From Jimgerdemannia flammicorona (taxonomy: Eukaryota): DNA of 20,000 nucleotides. Of this stretch, positions 1 through 10,539 are shown piece by piece. The translations under genes and the position numbers were made by a program. The stretch spans positions 44,706-64,705 of the forward strand of contig RBNJ01000014.1 in assembly GCA_003990765.1 (NCBI GenBank). Direction: 5' to 3'. The notes under the pieces were generated by a model, which was not told where the DNA came from, did not search any database, and worked only from the letters and a program-made list of their open reading frames with translations. Position 1 is the first letter of the stretch. Each line of letters starts with the position of its first letter.

Positions 1-133
1 GATTACTTCTCTTCCTGTCCAGATACTGGTGATAACTAGTTCTCCTGTGGTGACAGAGATTAGTATTATATCAAATATATCCAGTTTAACTGTGGGTTCT
101 TATGAGCTAGAAAGTTACATCAATTTGAAATCT

Positions 134-150
134 TCCCAGTTAAGCCCCCA
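134..150 (-). other. Primer-binding site (tRNA-Pro-like) of an LTR retrotransposon that continues left out of the window
   Basis: The - strand reads TGGGGGCTTAACTGGGA, 2 nt after an LTR end. It resembles the tRNA-Pro PBS TGGGGGCTCGTCCGGGAT, with the CpG positions mutated. Near-identical sites occur at 6515-6531 and 8772-8788. Bases 1-133 resemble the leader after the 6515 PBS (shared AGAACCCA and CAGGAGAA-CTAGT). Confidence 0.75.
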
Positions 151-699
151 AATATAATGTGTCTGGCTCAATGGAGGCAAATTACAAGGTTGGGGATTGA
201 TGTAGTTTGGCTTGAGCCCCCAGTTACTTTGCTAAAAGTAACAAAATGTTCTGAGATTTCTGAGGTCCTTGGTGGTATTTAGTGGTATAATAGTCAAAGT
301 TAGATTTCTGCAAGCAATTTCCTTATTGAGATGGTTCTCTGAGTGTAGCAGTGATTTGTATGTGAATGGGTTTTCTTCTTGGGTCAATCTAGGAATTGGT
401 AGAATTTCATATATAGTGTGACAATCTCTGTGCGTGACAGTATAGCAATTTAGTGGTTCTCCTTCTTAAGTAGTAATCTCCAAAAGTATACAATTTCTGC
501 ATGACAATCTCTGTATAGCGTGAACAGGTTCCTTATGCAGTGGAATCTGGAAATTAGTGGTTTCCTTATGTGGTTTTGGCAGATGACTCAGTTTGGCATG
601 AATTCTTCTAAATCAGTAGTTTGGGAATAAAAAATGGCATAGATTCTCCTTACTGGGAATTATACTGGTGGCAGGTTACTCAATAACTCAGACTCACTG

Positions 700-800
700 A
701 GAATAACAAATAACTCAGATGTTGCAGATAATTCTGATAATTCAGGTAACTTAGATGTTGCAGATTCTTCTGATAACTTGAGTAACTCAGATATCATAGA
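700..800. repeat. Degenerate ~30-bp tandem repeat inside the LTR
   Basis: The unit TAACTCAGATGTTGCAGAT...CTGATAA recurs about three times, with transition differences. Confidence 0.6.
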
Positions 801-1310
801 TTTTTCCTAAATTAGCAGCTTCAACTGGGAATATGAATAACTGGAGGCTTTGGAAAAGGGTCTCTTGGCAAAATTATATCAAAGACTGGCTTCATTTGTA
901 CAAATGGATTTACTGCAAAGTTGTATTAGAAACTGGCTTGAGTAAGGCAGCTTTCTCTTAGGCTTTCTGGGAATGCAAATAACTTAGAAATAGTGGCTTA
1001 TTCCTTAAGCAGCAGATTATTCAAATGGTGGTGAAGTTCTCCTTAAACTTGGTGGCAAACTTCAGGCTTATCTAGCAAGCAAACCAAAAACAAACTTGTT
1101 CTTTATATCAGAAAGTAGACTGAAGTAGAGAAATAAGCTCACAATCTCCTAGTAGTGGCTGTAGAGTTCCTCTCAAAGTGTGGTAGGCAGACTTGTCTTT
1201 TGCTTTAAATTTTGAACTGAGGTTTATTTACTCTTGTCTCTGGGGTATTTTATATAAGTTGGTTGCTATCTGATTGCTATGTGGCTAACTATAGATTTGC
1301 TACTTATGGC

Positions 1311-1370
1311 AAGTTGTGCAGGTCTAGCACAAGTGTGCAGGTCTAGCATAGATGTGTAGGTCCTACATAG
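1311..1370. repeat. ~19-bp tandem repeat inside the LTR
   Basis: TGTGCAGGTCTAGCA twice, plus a degenerate TGTGTAGGTCCTACA. Confidence 0.7.
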
Positions 1371-1532
1371 ATATATCTTGTCTGGTAGTCTGGCTATTTA
1401 TATACTTTTCCACAGCAATTATTGCTATGTCTGGTTACTATACTGTATGTTCACATTATCTGGCTAAGTTACTAAATATTTATATTATCTGGCTAAGATA
1501 TGATTCAGGTGGTACAATTTTGATATGTTACA

Positions 1533-1690
1533 ATATATTACATATTTTCCATATTGATATAGTAGAAAGTTATTATATATAGTAGTAAATATATCTTTGT
1601 ATTCTTCTATCAACTTCTGTATCTATTATTGCTGATCCTTGGTCAGAGTTGTCTCAATATTGATAGCTTCAATTACTGAGTCTTTCTCTC
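1533..1690 (-). pseudogene. N-terminal lead-in of retrotransposon reverse transcriptase, truncated by the LTR insertion
   Basis: Translates AINIETTLTKDQQ**IQKLIEEYKDIFTT, matching the LTxEQxxxLxxLLxEYxDIF pattern that precedes gypsy RT. No YxDD motif was found in the window. Confidence 0.65.
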
Positions 1691-2092
1691 TGATACTATC
1701 AGTCTTATTGGAGAGAGCTTGCTATTTCTCAAAAATTCAAAGACTTTCTCTTCATAGGTGTCTATCAGTTGTTTGAAATATTCCAATATTATTTCTCTGA
1801 AAATAGTTATAACTTTGAAGCCCAGGTTTAGATAGGCATATGGATTGGTAATATCTAGTCATAGATTCATTCTTTAGTTAGAAAGAGATAATACTTTTCT
1901 TGAAGTTCTATTGATAGCTTAAATATCAGATTATTGGTATTCACTAGTAGATATATCAAGGCCTCTTTGTTGATATGGTTGAAGGAGGATATCTTCTCTT
2001 ACTTGGATTAGGTGGCAGATATGTAATTTTATTTGTCAGAACTGAGCTACTATTTCTAAGTGGACTTCAATAAGTAATGGTTGAAGAGTTCT

Positions 2093-2479
2093 ATTAGTAC
2101 TTTCAAAACCTCCTTATCATCTCTTAGTGCTGTCTAGTTGATTCACCTCTTGAATAGTGGACTGTGATGTCTTGATAAACAGAATTTGACAGATGGCCTC
2201 TAAGGGATTGAAGGCTCAGTGGTTTCTACTATTATTACAAATAATGACCTTTAGAGAACCTTGATAATCCTGATCAATGATTTCTCCTTCTACTATAATT
2301 TCTTTGGCTACCAGAGATAATCTTGATGCTAGTTGTCCATAATATCCAGGTGGTATAGTAAGTGCAATTTGAAGGTCAAAGGTTTTAGTAGTCCTAGGAT
2401 AGAGTATTATCTGATAGAGAAGACAGATATCATATCCTACTGATCCTTCTATTTGTATAAGAGGAGGTTGTATCCAAGA
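2093..2479 (-). pseudogene. dUTPase domain within retrotransposon pol (three in-frame stops, no frameshift)
   Basis: One frame reads SWIQPPLIQIEGSVGYDICLLYQIILYPRTTKTFDLQIALTIPPGYYGQLASRLSLVAKEIIVEGEIIDQDYQGSLKVIICNNSRNH*AFNPLEAICQILFIKTSQSTIQEVNQLDSTKR**GGFEST. All five trimeric dUTPase motifs are present in order: (A)GYD, GQLASR(S)S, IDxDYxG, (A)QI and R-GGF(G)ST. Confidence 0.92.
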
Positions 2480-3639
2480 TGATAGTAGTTTGACTTAGAT
2501 AACTGACTGAGGCTTGAGGAATATTATCAGTAGTTACTACTATAGGTGAGAACTTTATATATTCTAACTTAAAGAATGGCCAATGTACTCCAGTCTTTAG
2601 ATTCTTTATATAGTTGAATACAATTTTTCCAAGTAGATCTAAGGCTTCCATAAAGGTGAAGATAAGGTTGACTCCTTATCTATCTTAGTGTGGCCAGTAA
2701 TACTAATAAATGATGACAAGAATTTCTAATGGTAGGTCCCAGATAGAGGTCTTGTTCTTAGCTTTATAAGTCTTCTTCATAATTAATCTCTTTGCATTTC
2801 TGACAGGCCCAGCAAATTTGAGGTTCTTGCAAGATGAGATCCTTCCTCTTGGCTCAACTCTTGTAGATATCTTCACTGAGGTAGACACTTTGATATTTAT
2901 ACCAGTAATAGATAAAGGTCTTTCCACAATCACAGTGTCTTTACTTGATGAATTCCTCATTTTGCTGTTTGATTTCCTTACTTATTAGATATCTTTTTCA
3001 ATATTTATCATAGGTAGGTAGAGTGACCTAGAGAGCTCAGGTGATAGTATAGATGCTGTTGTTATTGTCTTTAATTGTGAGAGTCTCCAAAGGTTAGTAA
3101 GAGAGAATCTTCTACTCTTCTTTATAGATCTTCTTGAAAGCCTTTGTGGTATATAGTTGTGTTCATCTGAGGACTAAGACTCATTTTAACTTATTCTTGT
3201 CTTTGATTGCTGATATTAGAACCTTTTTGAGATCAAGAATTTGGCAGTTACTACAATCATCTCTTAGTGAGTAGAAACAGTTGTAGTGTTTGCATATACC
3301 TAGGCAGAAGGCTCACATAATTTAATTTTCTTTCAGGGGTATAGGTAGTTATATAGATGGTCCTGTAAATTCAAGTACTGCTTCTTCACTAATAGCCTAA
3401 TAAATGCTTACTTCTAGGCTTTCAGTATTAATAACTCTAACAAAAAGGTCTTCTTGACTACTTTCAGAATCTCTAGGGGTATCAAAATCACTTTCTAGTT
3501 TTTATAGAAAATTTGCCTCACTTTTATCCTCTATAGTAGTAGATATATTTCTATATCTTTATTATTCAATTTCAGGTCTAACTTGCTCTCCTTGATCCTT
3601 TTGACTCAATTGGTACCTTGTGCTTTTGTCTATAAAAGG

Positions 3640-4426
3640 TGAAGACCAGGATTTCTACATTGGCTTCAACTCAGTACAACCAGTTAGTTTTCAAAATTAG
3701 ATCATAGGAGGTTGCCAGGATTATAACAGCTTGAGGTATATTGAGACAGACCTTTCTAACTTGAATTGATATATCTCTAACTAGTCCAAGGAGGGTAGAT
3801 GCTAATCTATCTGCCATGATAACTTTTGCTTTAGTTCCTTTATCAATTTCTCACTTAATCCTTTCTAATATTTGCTGAGTAATGATACAAACTACTGCTC
3901 TAGTATTAACAAGGATTCTGGTATTTTCACTATATACTTTTCTATTAGCTAGCCTTATGGATTGATGTTCTTGATACTGATGTTCATAAACTATATAGAT
4001 AATACTAAGTTCTAATATATATAGTCTTTGGATAGAGATTCTCCTAATATCTACTTTGGTATCCTTCAGAAATTTTTACCTAACTTCTAATGTATTCTTG
4101 AGAACTTGTTTGGCTATGAGACCTGCATTCTGAGTGTGGAGGTATTCCCAAAGTGATGCTGCTTCATGGGGCTTGTTGTTTCTTTGATATCTAAATCTCT
4201 TATAGTGGATTCTCTCATTTTTATTGGGCATTTCATCAGCCAAAAACTCTATACTTATATGTTCTTCTTCTTTAAGATCAGGTAGGGAGATACTTCTTAA
4301 TACTCTTGATAGGCCAGCTTCTGGTTCAGAGGTATCTCTACTGACTCTCTTGTTCTTCTCCAAAAGAGTATCTAAGGAGGAATGGTCATATCTTAGATAT
4401 TTGCCTATAGATATGATTACTGGCAA
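3640..4426 (-). pseudogene. Retropepsin (aspartic protease) relic with upstream gag-pol linker
   Basis: ORF 4076..4426 continues in frame through a stop to RILVNTRAVVCII (3896-3910; ILVDTGA after G>A changes) and YDLILKTNWL (3680-3703; DLILGTDWL). Confidence 0.8.
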
Positions 4427-4637
4427 TAGTGGTAGAAGTAGGGTTCTTGAAGGTCTTTCTTGTCCTCTGGTCTGTGTGGGTGCTGCATTCCAAGATACCT
4501 TAGAGGGAAAGACTTCATAGTATAGGTAGGTATCCTCTTAGTCATAAAGCTAGATAGCTTTATCTTCTATTTCTCAAGTCTCTTTATTCACTTGAATGAG
4601 ATTGATATTTCTATCATTAGATAGAGTTTATTTCTTT

Positions 4638-6464
4638 GGGCAAAACCTCTAAATATGACTTTGATTTCACAGTTAAATTAAGTTGGGGTATAGGAACCTA
4701 TTATTAATAAACCTACAGTTATAACTAGTAGGGCCTGAGTAGAACTTCTGTTATCTTGCTGTTAGTAGTCAGGTCTATTATCTTAATAATAATCTTATTA
4801 TCTTCCCCTTTAATTCTTTAACTGAGCAATTGTAATAATTAGGTCTTTTATTTGTTTAGTAAGTATTGTTATAGGGTCTTTTTAAATTCTTAATAGAGAC
4901 TACTGTTGTTACCTATATTGAGTTAGAATTGAAGGTGGGGTCTAGTCTCATAACTGGCCAGCTGGGCTCTTAAATAGATATTTTCTTATTCTATTGTTAT
5001 TCCATAAATCCTTGAGAGTTCAGCTTGAGCTGATTCTTGATGTTCTTATACTTTCTGAGATAGTCTATAGTACTTCTCAGCATCCCTATGCTCCAGTAAC
5101 TTATTACTCAATATTTTGATAGCTCATCCTAATAACTTGTCTTTGAAGCTCTAGAAATAATCTATTGAGAAAAGTGATTGAGGCTAGGGCTAGTTAGACT
5201 ACAGATTGCAAGTTTATCTTAATTATCTGGACTTAAATCTAATGGTAGAAGCCTTTTGGAGTTTCATTAATAGCTTGGCTTATGTAGATCAAAGCTTCTT
5301 ATATTTTCTATTAATGCTCAAGACTATTGAACTAAGTGTGAAATCAGGTCTTATGAATATTATATCTTTCTACATGGTCTCCATTTGCTTGAAGATGGTT
5401 GGCATATTCTACTTTGTAGATGTCTTCTCCAACTTGCTTCACTTGGTTGTACTTTAGTAGAGCAGAGTCTCTCATAAGTGATTCTATGATTCTGAGCTTT
5501 CTCTGGACATCTCACTACTTGGCAGCTACTTGTACTTCATTTATTCAAAGAATTTCTTTATATCTTTACTATCTGTACTATTGAATTTCTGAAGATAGCT
5601 TATGTCTGGTTCATCTCCACTGTCTGAGTCTAGTTCTGAAGTAGAGTTTCTTGATAATTCTTATAAAGATAGGGATAGTAGAGATACTTGATGAACTGAT
5701 AGTACTGGTAGATGGCATTGTCTTGGTGAGAGTATAGGGAGTCTGGCCCTTTTAATTAAAACTAGAGTAGGGGTTCTCAGTAGTAGTGGTTCTCTAATTA
5801 AGTAATAGTAATTACTAAATACTGAGGTACTGAGAGAGCTAGAGCTTCTTGTCTCTTATAGATAGTATCAGAATATAAAGAACCAGGGTACTGAGGTTCT
5901 GGTAATTAGAATAGAATTGATATAGCTAATGTTCAGTTTATCTACCTCTTACTATTATAAAGCAACAGAGTTCTATTCATCTTGTCAAGGGTCTATATTA
6001 CTATCTGAGTAGTAATAAAGGTTGAATTTATCTCTTAAGTGGTCTGGTTGAATTTCTCAATCATTATCTTCCTCTTGTTCTGGAAAGTAAGAATAGTAGT
6101 CTTCTTCTCCTTCAGATATTTCAAAATATACTTAATTCAGTAGAGTAGCTTAAGTGATAATAGTAGTAATATAGTCACTTTTGTCTGAATCTCTTCTGTA
6201 GATTATAGTCTGGTATTCTTTAGAAAAATCTTCTTATTCTGGGTCTTAGATCTGAATAAGCTCATATTGTCCTCTGAGTTATCTTCTTTCTCTTAAGGTC
6301 AAACTATAATCTGTATCACTTCTTTCTTCTGATTTGGTTTTCTAACTACTAGTTCTAAATAGAGTGAGGACAGTCCTGACAATAGTGTGGACTTCTCTTT
6401 CTGAAGTAGGCTGTTATTGGCCCTGGTCTTGCTGCTGACTAGTTTCTCCTGAATTCTTCACCAT
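4638..6464 (-). pseudogene. Retrotransposon gag relic (acidic/Ser-rich N-terminus, capsid-like region, CCHC zinc knuckle)
   Basis: Candidate ATG at 6464, just after the PBS. Relic segments include YLQKFNSTDSKDIKKFFE (~5550-5600), SQAINETPKGFY and TFLNRLFLELQRQV. A frameshifted knuckle FNC-NQSHI*RFCP lies at 4638-4690. Confidence 0.7.
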
Positions 6465-6514
6465 AGATGGCTACTGGGTTCTTGAGCCAAATGATCAAGT
6501 CTTTTAGAAATCTT

Positions 6515-6531
6515 TCCCAGTTGAGCCCTCA
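6515..6531 (-). other. Primer-binding site (tRNA-Pro-like) of the dUTPase element
   Basis: The - strand reads ...ACA TT TGAGGGCTCAACTGGGA: a canonical LTR end (CA), a 2-nt spacer, then the PBS. Confidence 0.78.
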
Positions 6532-6533
6532 AA

Positions 6534-7205
6534 TGTGATATGTAATTTGTATCTCTTATTGCTCCTATATAGCTCAATGTACCTCTAAATTATCTATATA
6601 CTATCTCTTGTTTATTTCTTAACAGTATTTCTGGCTCAATATTTATATCAACTGCTATTCAGTTTGTTTGCATTCATAATAAGTTGAAGTTTGCACATCT
6701 CAAGTCATTGATCACATAACTGAGTATTTAGTTTATATATCAAAAGATCATTTACTTATATTGTATATTATTCTTAATTTTCCTAGTGAGTAGGCAATTC
6801 TAGTAACTTTGACTGAGTTTCCTAGATCTTGTATCTAATTTCTGTAGCAGCTTTAACTGACTGACTTGTATCTTGAATATATAGTCTTGATCTTATATCT
6901 TAAGTTCTACAGTGATAAGAATAATTCTTCAACTCTTAGAGTCTTTTTCCAAAGTTCTTATACTTGACTTTCTTATCTTTCAGAACTTAAGTTGGTATTG
7001 TAAACAAACTGACTGAGGTTTATTTACTATAGATTAGGGGATATTTATATAGTTTTTTAGACTATATATAAGACTAGATAATTAGTTGTAACTCATAATT
7101 ACTAAAAGATACTAATTAGCATAGTTTTGGAATTCAGATAACTAACTAACTAAATAAGGCTAATTTTATATTTGTGATGAATTGGACTAGTTAATATATA
7201 GTCAC
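6534..7205 (-). mobile_element. 5' LTR of the dUTPase element (outer boundary uncertain)
   Basis: Begins TGT on + at 6534, next to the PBS. Carries the same ACTGAGGTTTATTTACT...TATTTATATA (polyA signal/TATA) block at 7011-7052 as the LTRs at 1217-1258 and 9247-9290, but is otherwise divergent. Confidence 0.6.
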
Positions 7206-7225
7206 TGTTTGTCCAACTAACTAAC

Positions 7226-8230
7226 TTATTCAATTTGGCTAATTGAGCTATTCTTATTTAACTTAAAATTCAGTATAACTAAAATTATATCATTCTCATT
7301 CTCCTTCTCTTCAGAGGGTCTGACTAAATTATTTTTTACATTCTTTACAATTGTGGTGAAGTCAGTGGGGGCTCTGAGAGGTAAGAAAAGGAAGTTGTTG
7401 ATATTATCTTCTAATAAAATAAGTGGGTTGCTATCATTTTCTAAGTTGTTTTGAGAGGTGATATCATTGTTGATAATATCATCAAAGAGCATATAGTCAT
7501 TCTGCTCTTGAGGTCTCTAGTCAATAGTAATATTGTCTATAAAGTAGAGAATATCTGTAGAATTCTAAAAGAAGTAGACTCTCAAAAGAGAACCTTGAAA
7601 TAGTATAATAAAACTATAGATGAATTGGTCTGAATTATCCTCTAGGATAGAGTTCAAAAGGTCTTGAACCTCATCACTTTTAACTATGATAGTAGATTGG
7701 ACTTCTTCTGTAACTATTTCTTCAAGATAGTTTGTCAGTTCTTGAACATCAGAGACTTTGACATATTTTAGATTGGGAATAGTCCAGGATGTATGCCTAA
7801 AGATCTGATGAACTCTTTTGGCTAATTTCTATTTATATCTGTCCATGCAAGTAGTATCTATAATTTCTTGAAAGCTGGTTGGTGAGAATTCTTAATGAAG
7901 GTAATGTCTCTTTTCATATCCTTATTATATCTAAAGATACTTAGCAGTAGTGGTAATTTTTGTTTCCATTTCACAGCAGTTGAGAGTATAGTAATAGAGG
8001 TCTCTTATATATTGAAATTCTTCTTATATACAATTACATAGTCCTCTTGATATTAGTAAATATTTATTATTGAACTAATGGGCCTGAATGACTCCTTGAT
8101 CTTGCTGTTTAGTAGATGACAGATATTTTATAGTAAGTCTCTTATTTGATATCTTGTACTTTTCTTCTTATTGCTTCTTTTATATCTTAAGAGTCTTCTT
8201 CTGTGGTTCAGAGGATATAGTTACCTGATT
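7226..8230 (-). pseudogene. Decayed ~330-codon ORF of unknown product (probably transposon-associated)
   Basis: ORF 7226..7492 extends upstream through scattered stops (...EFSPTSFQEIIDTTCMDRYK*KLAKRVHQIFRHTSWTIPNLKYVKVSDVQELTNYLEEIVTEEVQS...). It has the same CpG-free signature as the retroelements. Confidence 0.5.
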
Positions 8231-8389
8231 TAGAGTAGTATACCATTAGAGTCATTATGAGTTATTATGAGTTCAGATATAAATCATCTTATAATCAAGA
8301 TAAGTTACAGTTGAGTCATGATTTGCAACTAGTGGCTTACAGAGTCTGGGCAGTCTTCTGAATTCTAATATCACTAGTTTTGAAGATAT

Positions 8390-8754
8390 TATTACACTAT
8401 ATAATAAACAAGATCATTATGTAGAAATTATATAAGAAAACTACTTATACTATACAGAGATATCATATAGGAATTATATAAGAAAATTCACTTACAGAAA
8501 TCATCATATAGAAATTATATACTTTTAGAAACTACTTATATTATATATAAATTACTACTATATCCAAAAACTATCCTAATAAAAAAATCTACCAAAATTG
8601 ACTACGATATTCAGATTTGACTATTAAACTACTAAACACTAATAAGAAATCTTAAAATATTTTATCAATTTTTAACAAAGTAACTGAAAGCTCAAGCCAA
8701 ACTATATCAACTCTCCAACCTTGTAATTTACCTCTATTAAGCTAGTATATTATA
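8390..8754 (+). mobile_element. Inverted partial LTR, same family as 153-1532
   Basis: The reverse complement of 8641-8754 (TATAATATACTAGCTTAATAGAGGTAAATTACAAGGTTGG...GTTTGGCTTGAGC) aligns with 153-260, and similarity continues to ~540. Confidence 0.75.
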
Positions 8755-8771
8755 GTAGATTTTAAAAAAAA

Positions 8772-9489
8772 TTCCAGTTAAGCTTCTAAATATAATATAT
8801 TAGCTTAATAGTGGCAAATTATAAAAGTTGGATAACTATGTAAATTGGCTTAAGCCTTTAGTCACTTTGTCAAAAAGTAATAAAATATTCAGTTGATTTC
8901 TAAAAGTATAAGTTCTCTTATTTATATAATATAGATAATTTTGGCAATTTCCTTAATAGATATAGATTCTGTATAATATGACAATATAACAGACTTCTCT
9001 AAATAGTAGCTAAGTTCTTTAGACTTAATATGATAAGCAGATCAAAATTAGTAGACTTCTCTTTATCAGAAAGTAGATCAGAGTAGAAAAGAGAATAAAG
9101 CTCACAATCTCCTTAATAGTAACTTTAGAGTGGGTATTTATCTTAAGTGTTGCAATTATTTCTTTAGATCAAGTGACTCTTGTTAGATATATCTCTCAAA
9201 GTATATTATAGACAAATTTGACTTTTGCTTTTTTTTTGACTTTCAGACTGAGGTTTATTCACTCAAATCTCTGAGGTATTTATACAAGTATGGTTGCTAT
9301 CTGATTGCTATCTGAGTAATTATAAAATATGTACACAGTAAGGCTAATTTAGAGAGAGTGTGATTACTTATTCCCTTGGGGAATGAGTGTTCCTGCAAGG
9401 AATACATGTCCCACATAGAATGAGTATTCCTTTAGAGATTAGCATACCCTGATTTGATACATCTAATTATTTATAAAAGTTGTAGTACA
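8772..9489 (-). mobile_element. PBS relic (8772-8788) plus an internally shortened LTR (8791-~9489), same family as 153-1532
   Basis: 8761-8900 aligns with 121-260 and 9060-9320 with 1100-1290. A candidate TG start lies at 9489, where CpG depletion ends. Confidence 0.7.
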
Positions 9490-9800
9490 TGTGGGTAACT
9501 ACGTGGGGTAACTATGCTAAGTGTTCTTTGTATGTCATCTGGCTATACTATACTATTCGCTTGTCACAATATTCAGGATATATGGCACTCAATCACATAC
9601 TGCGCACCTTCCAGCTCATATTCAACGACTCTACGTTTGCTGCATATGGAAAATACCAGAAGGCTTATGTTCGTCCTAAGGTACAAATACAAGTAGAGTT
9701 AGCATAGGCGAATTGTGCTAGCATAATACAAATTCTTCGTAATCTGTTTGTACAATAACTCATTGCACGCCTAATTACAGGTATTATTTAAACGAAATAT

Positions 9801-10295
9801 CTATTCGAAATCGTGAAATTGGAGCTGAAAGCGAATTAGGCGCATGTCGAGGTCCTTCGAAGGCCATTACACAGGGGATCGATGCTAAGCCGGCCCCTAT
9901 TAACCTTTGTCACGAGCTCCAGCTTGAATCTTTCGAAATCCCTCGAACTGGTCAAAGCGCTCTTCGATAAAGTCCCAGAAGGTTGCCCAATTCAGGTGGT
10001 CGCAGGCGCTGCGCTCCACGGATTTGAATCTCCTTTCGATTTCTACTATCCGGGGCCTTCGCCGTGGCGCCACCAGGCTCTCCGAATCTGAGTTCAGGAA
10101 TCGCAAGTCAAGCACCACGAAACTGCCCCAGCGCTTTCTGTTCTTCACTAGGACCTGATCGTGGATCATCTGGATAAAGCGCACTATGTGCACACCGAAC
10201 ACCTCCTTCATAGGGCTAAGGGGGGGTATCTTTTCCTCAGGAGGTGAGCGAGACGGACGTTGTGAGTGACGACGACGAGAACATGTGTTACCCAT
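9801..10295 (-). pseudogene. Orphan myristoylation-motif family paralog 1 (frameshifted)
   Basis: Starts MGNTCSRRRHSQR and aligns with 13296..13829 through VLVKNRKRWGSFVVLDLRF and SVERSACDHLNWATFWDF. Several small deletions and frameshifts. The homologous FQLQFHDFE* end is at 9801. Confidence 0.85.
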
Positions 10296-10539
10296 GTTGG
10301 ATTGGCCGAAAGGACAGGAATGCGATGGGCTGAGATGCAAAGGGAAGGAAACCTTTTTCATCGTAAATGGAGAGGGTTTATATAGTGTGTTGAGTTTTGG
10401 TTATTGTATGTCAGGTCTTGGCTCCGGGTGTGGTATATTAGCTAATATGGCTGAGAACGCGTTCTAAAGTCTGTTCGATTTGTGCAATATGCGACCTAAA
10501 AGGGGTTCCCTTATTTCTAGCGAGCTCGTCTACTTCACA

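Larger units (their letters stand above)
153..1532 (-). mobile_element. 5' LTR (~1.4 kb) of a nested Ty3/gypsy-like element
   Basis: Starts TGTAAC on the - strand at 1532 and ends next to the PBS at 153. Contains a TATA box followed by AATAAA (~1217-1258) and internal tandem repeats. 121-260 matches 8761-8900 and ~1100-1290 matches ~9060-9320; 153-540 matches 8390-8754 in inverted orientation. Confidence 0.7.
1533..7205 (-). mobile_element. Decayed dUTPase-carrying Ty3/gypsy-like LTR retrotransposon (LTR-PBS-gag-PR-spacer-dUTPase-RT start), interrupted at 1533
   Basis: Relic domains lie in order on the - strand: LTR 6534-~7205, PBS 6515-6531, gag, zinc knuckle, protease, dUTPase, RT lead-in. 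Many stops arise from C>T/G>A transitions. Confidence 0.85.

Noticed and set aside
2093-2479. Host DUT1 gene or DNA-virus dUTPase
   Set aside because: It lacks its own start, sits colinearly between protease and RT relics, and shares their mutational decay.
1352-5457. Short + strand ORFs at 1352..1582, 4224..4520 and 5206..5457
   Set aside because: They lie in an LTR or antisense to gag-pol relics, with no motifs; chance ORFs.
1100-9320. Treating 153-1532 and 8791-9489 as the paired LTRs of one intact element
   Set aside because: Both have a PBS on the same side, and a third LTR-PBS lies between them directly upstream of gag, so these are separate nested elements.
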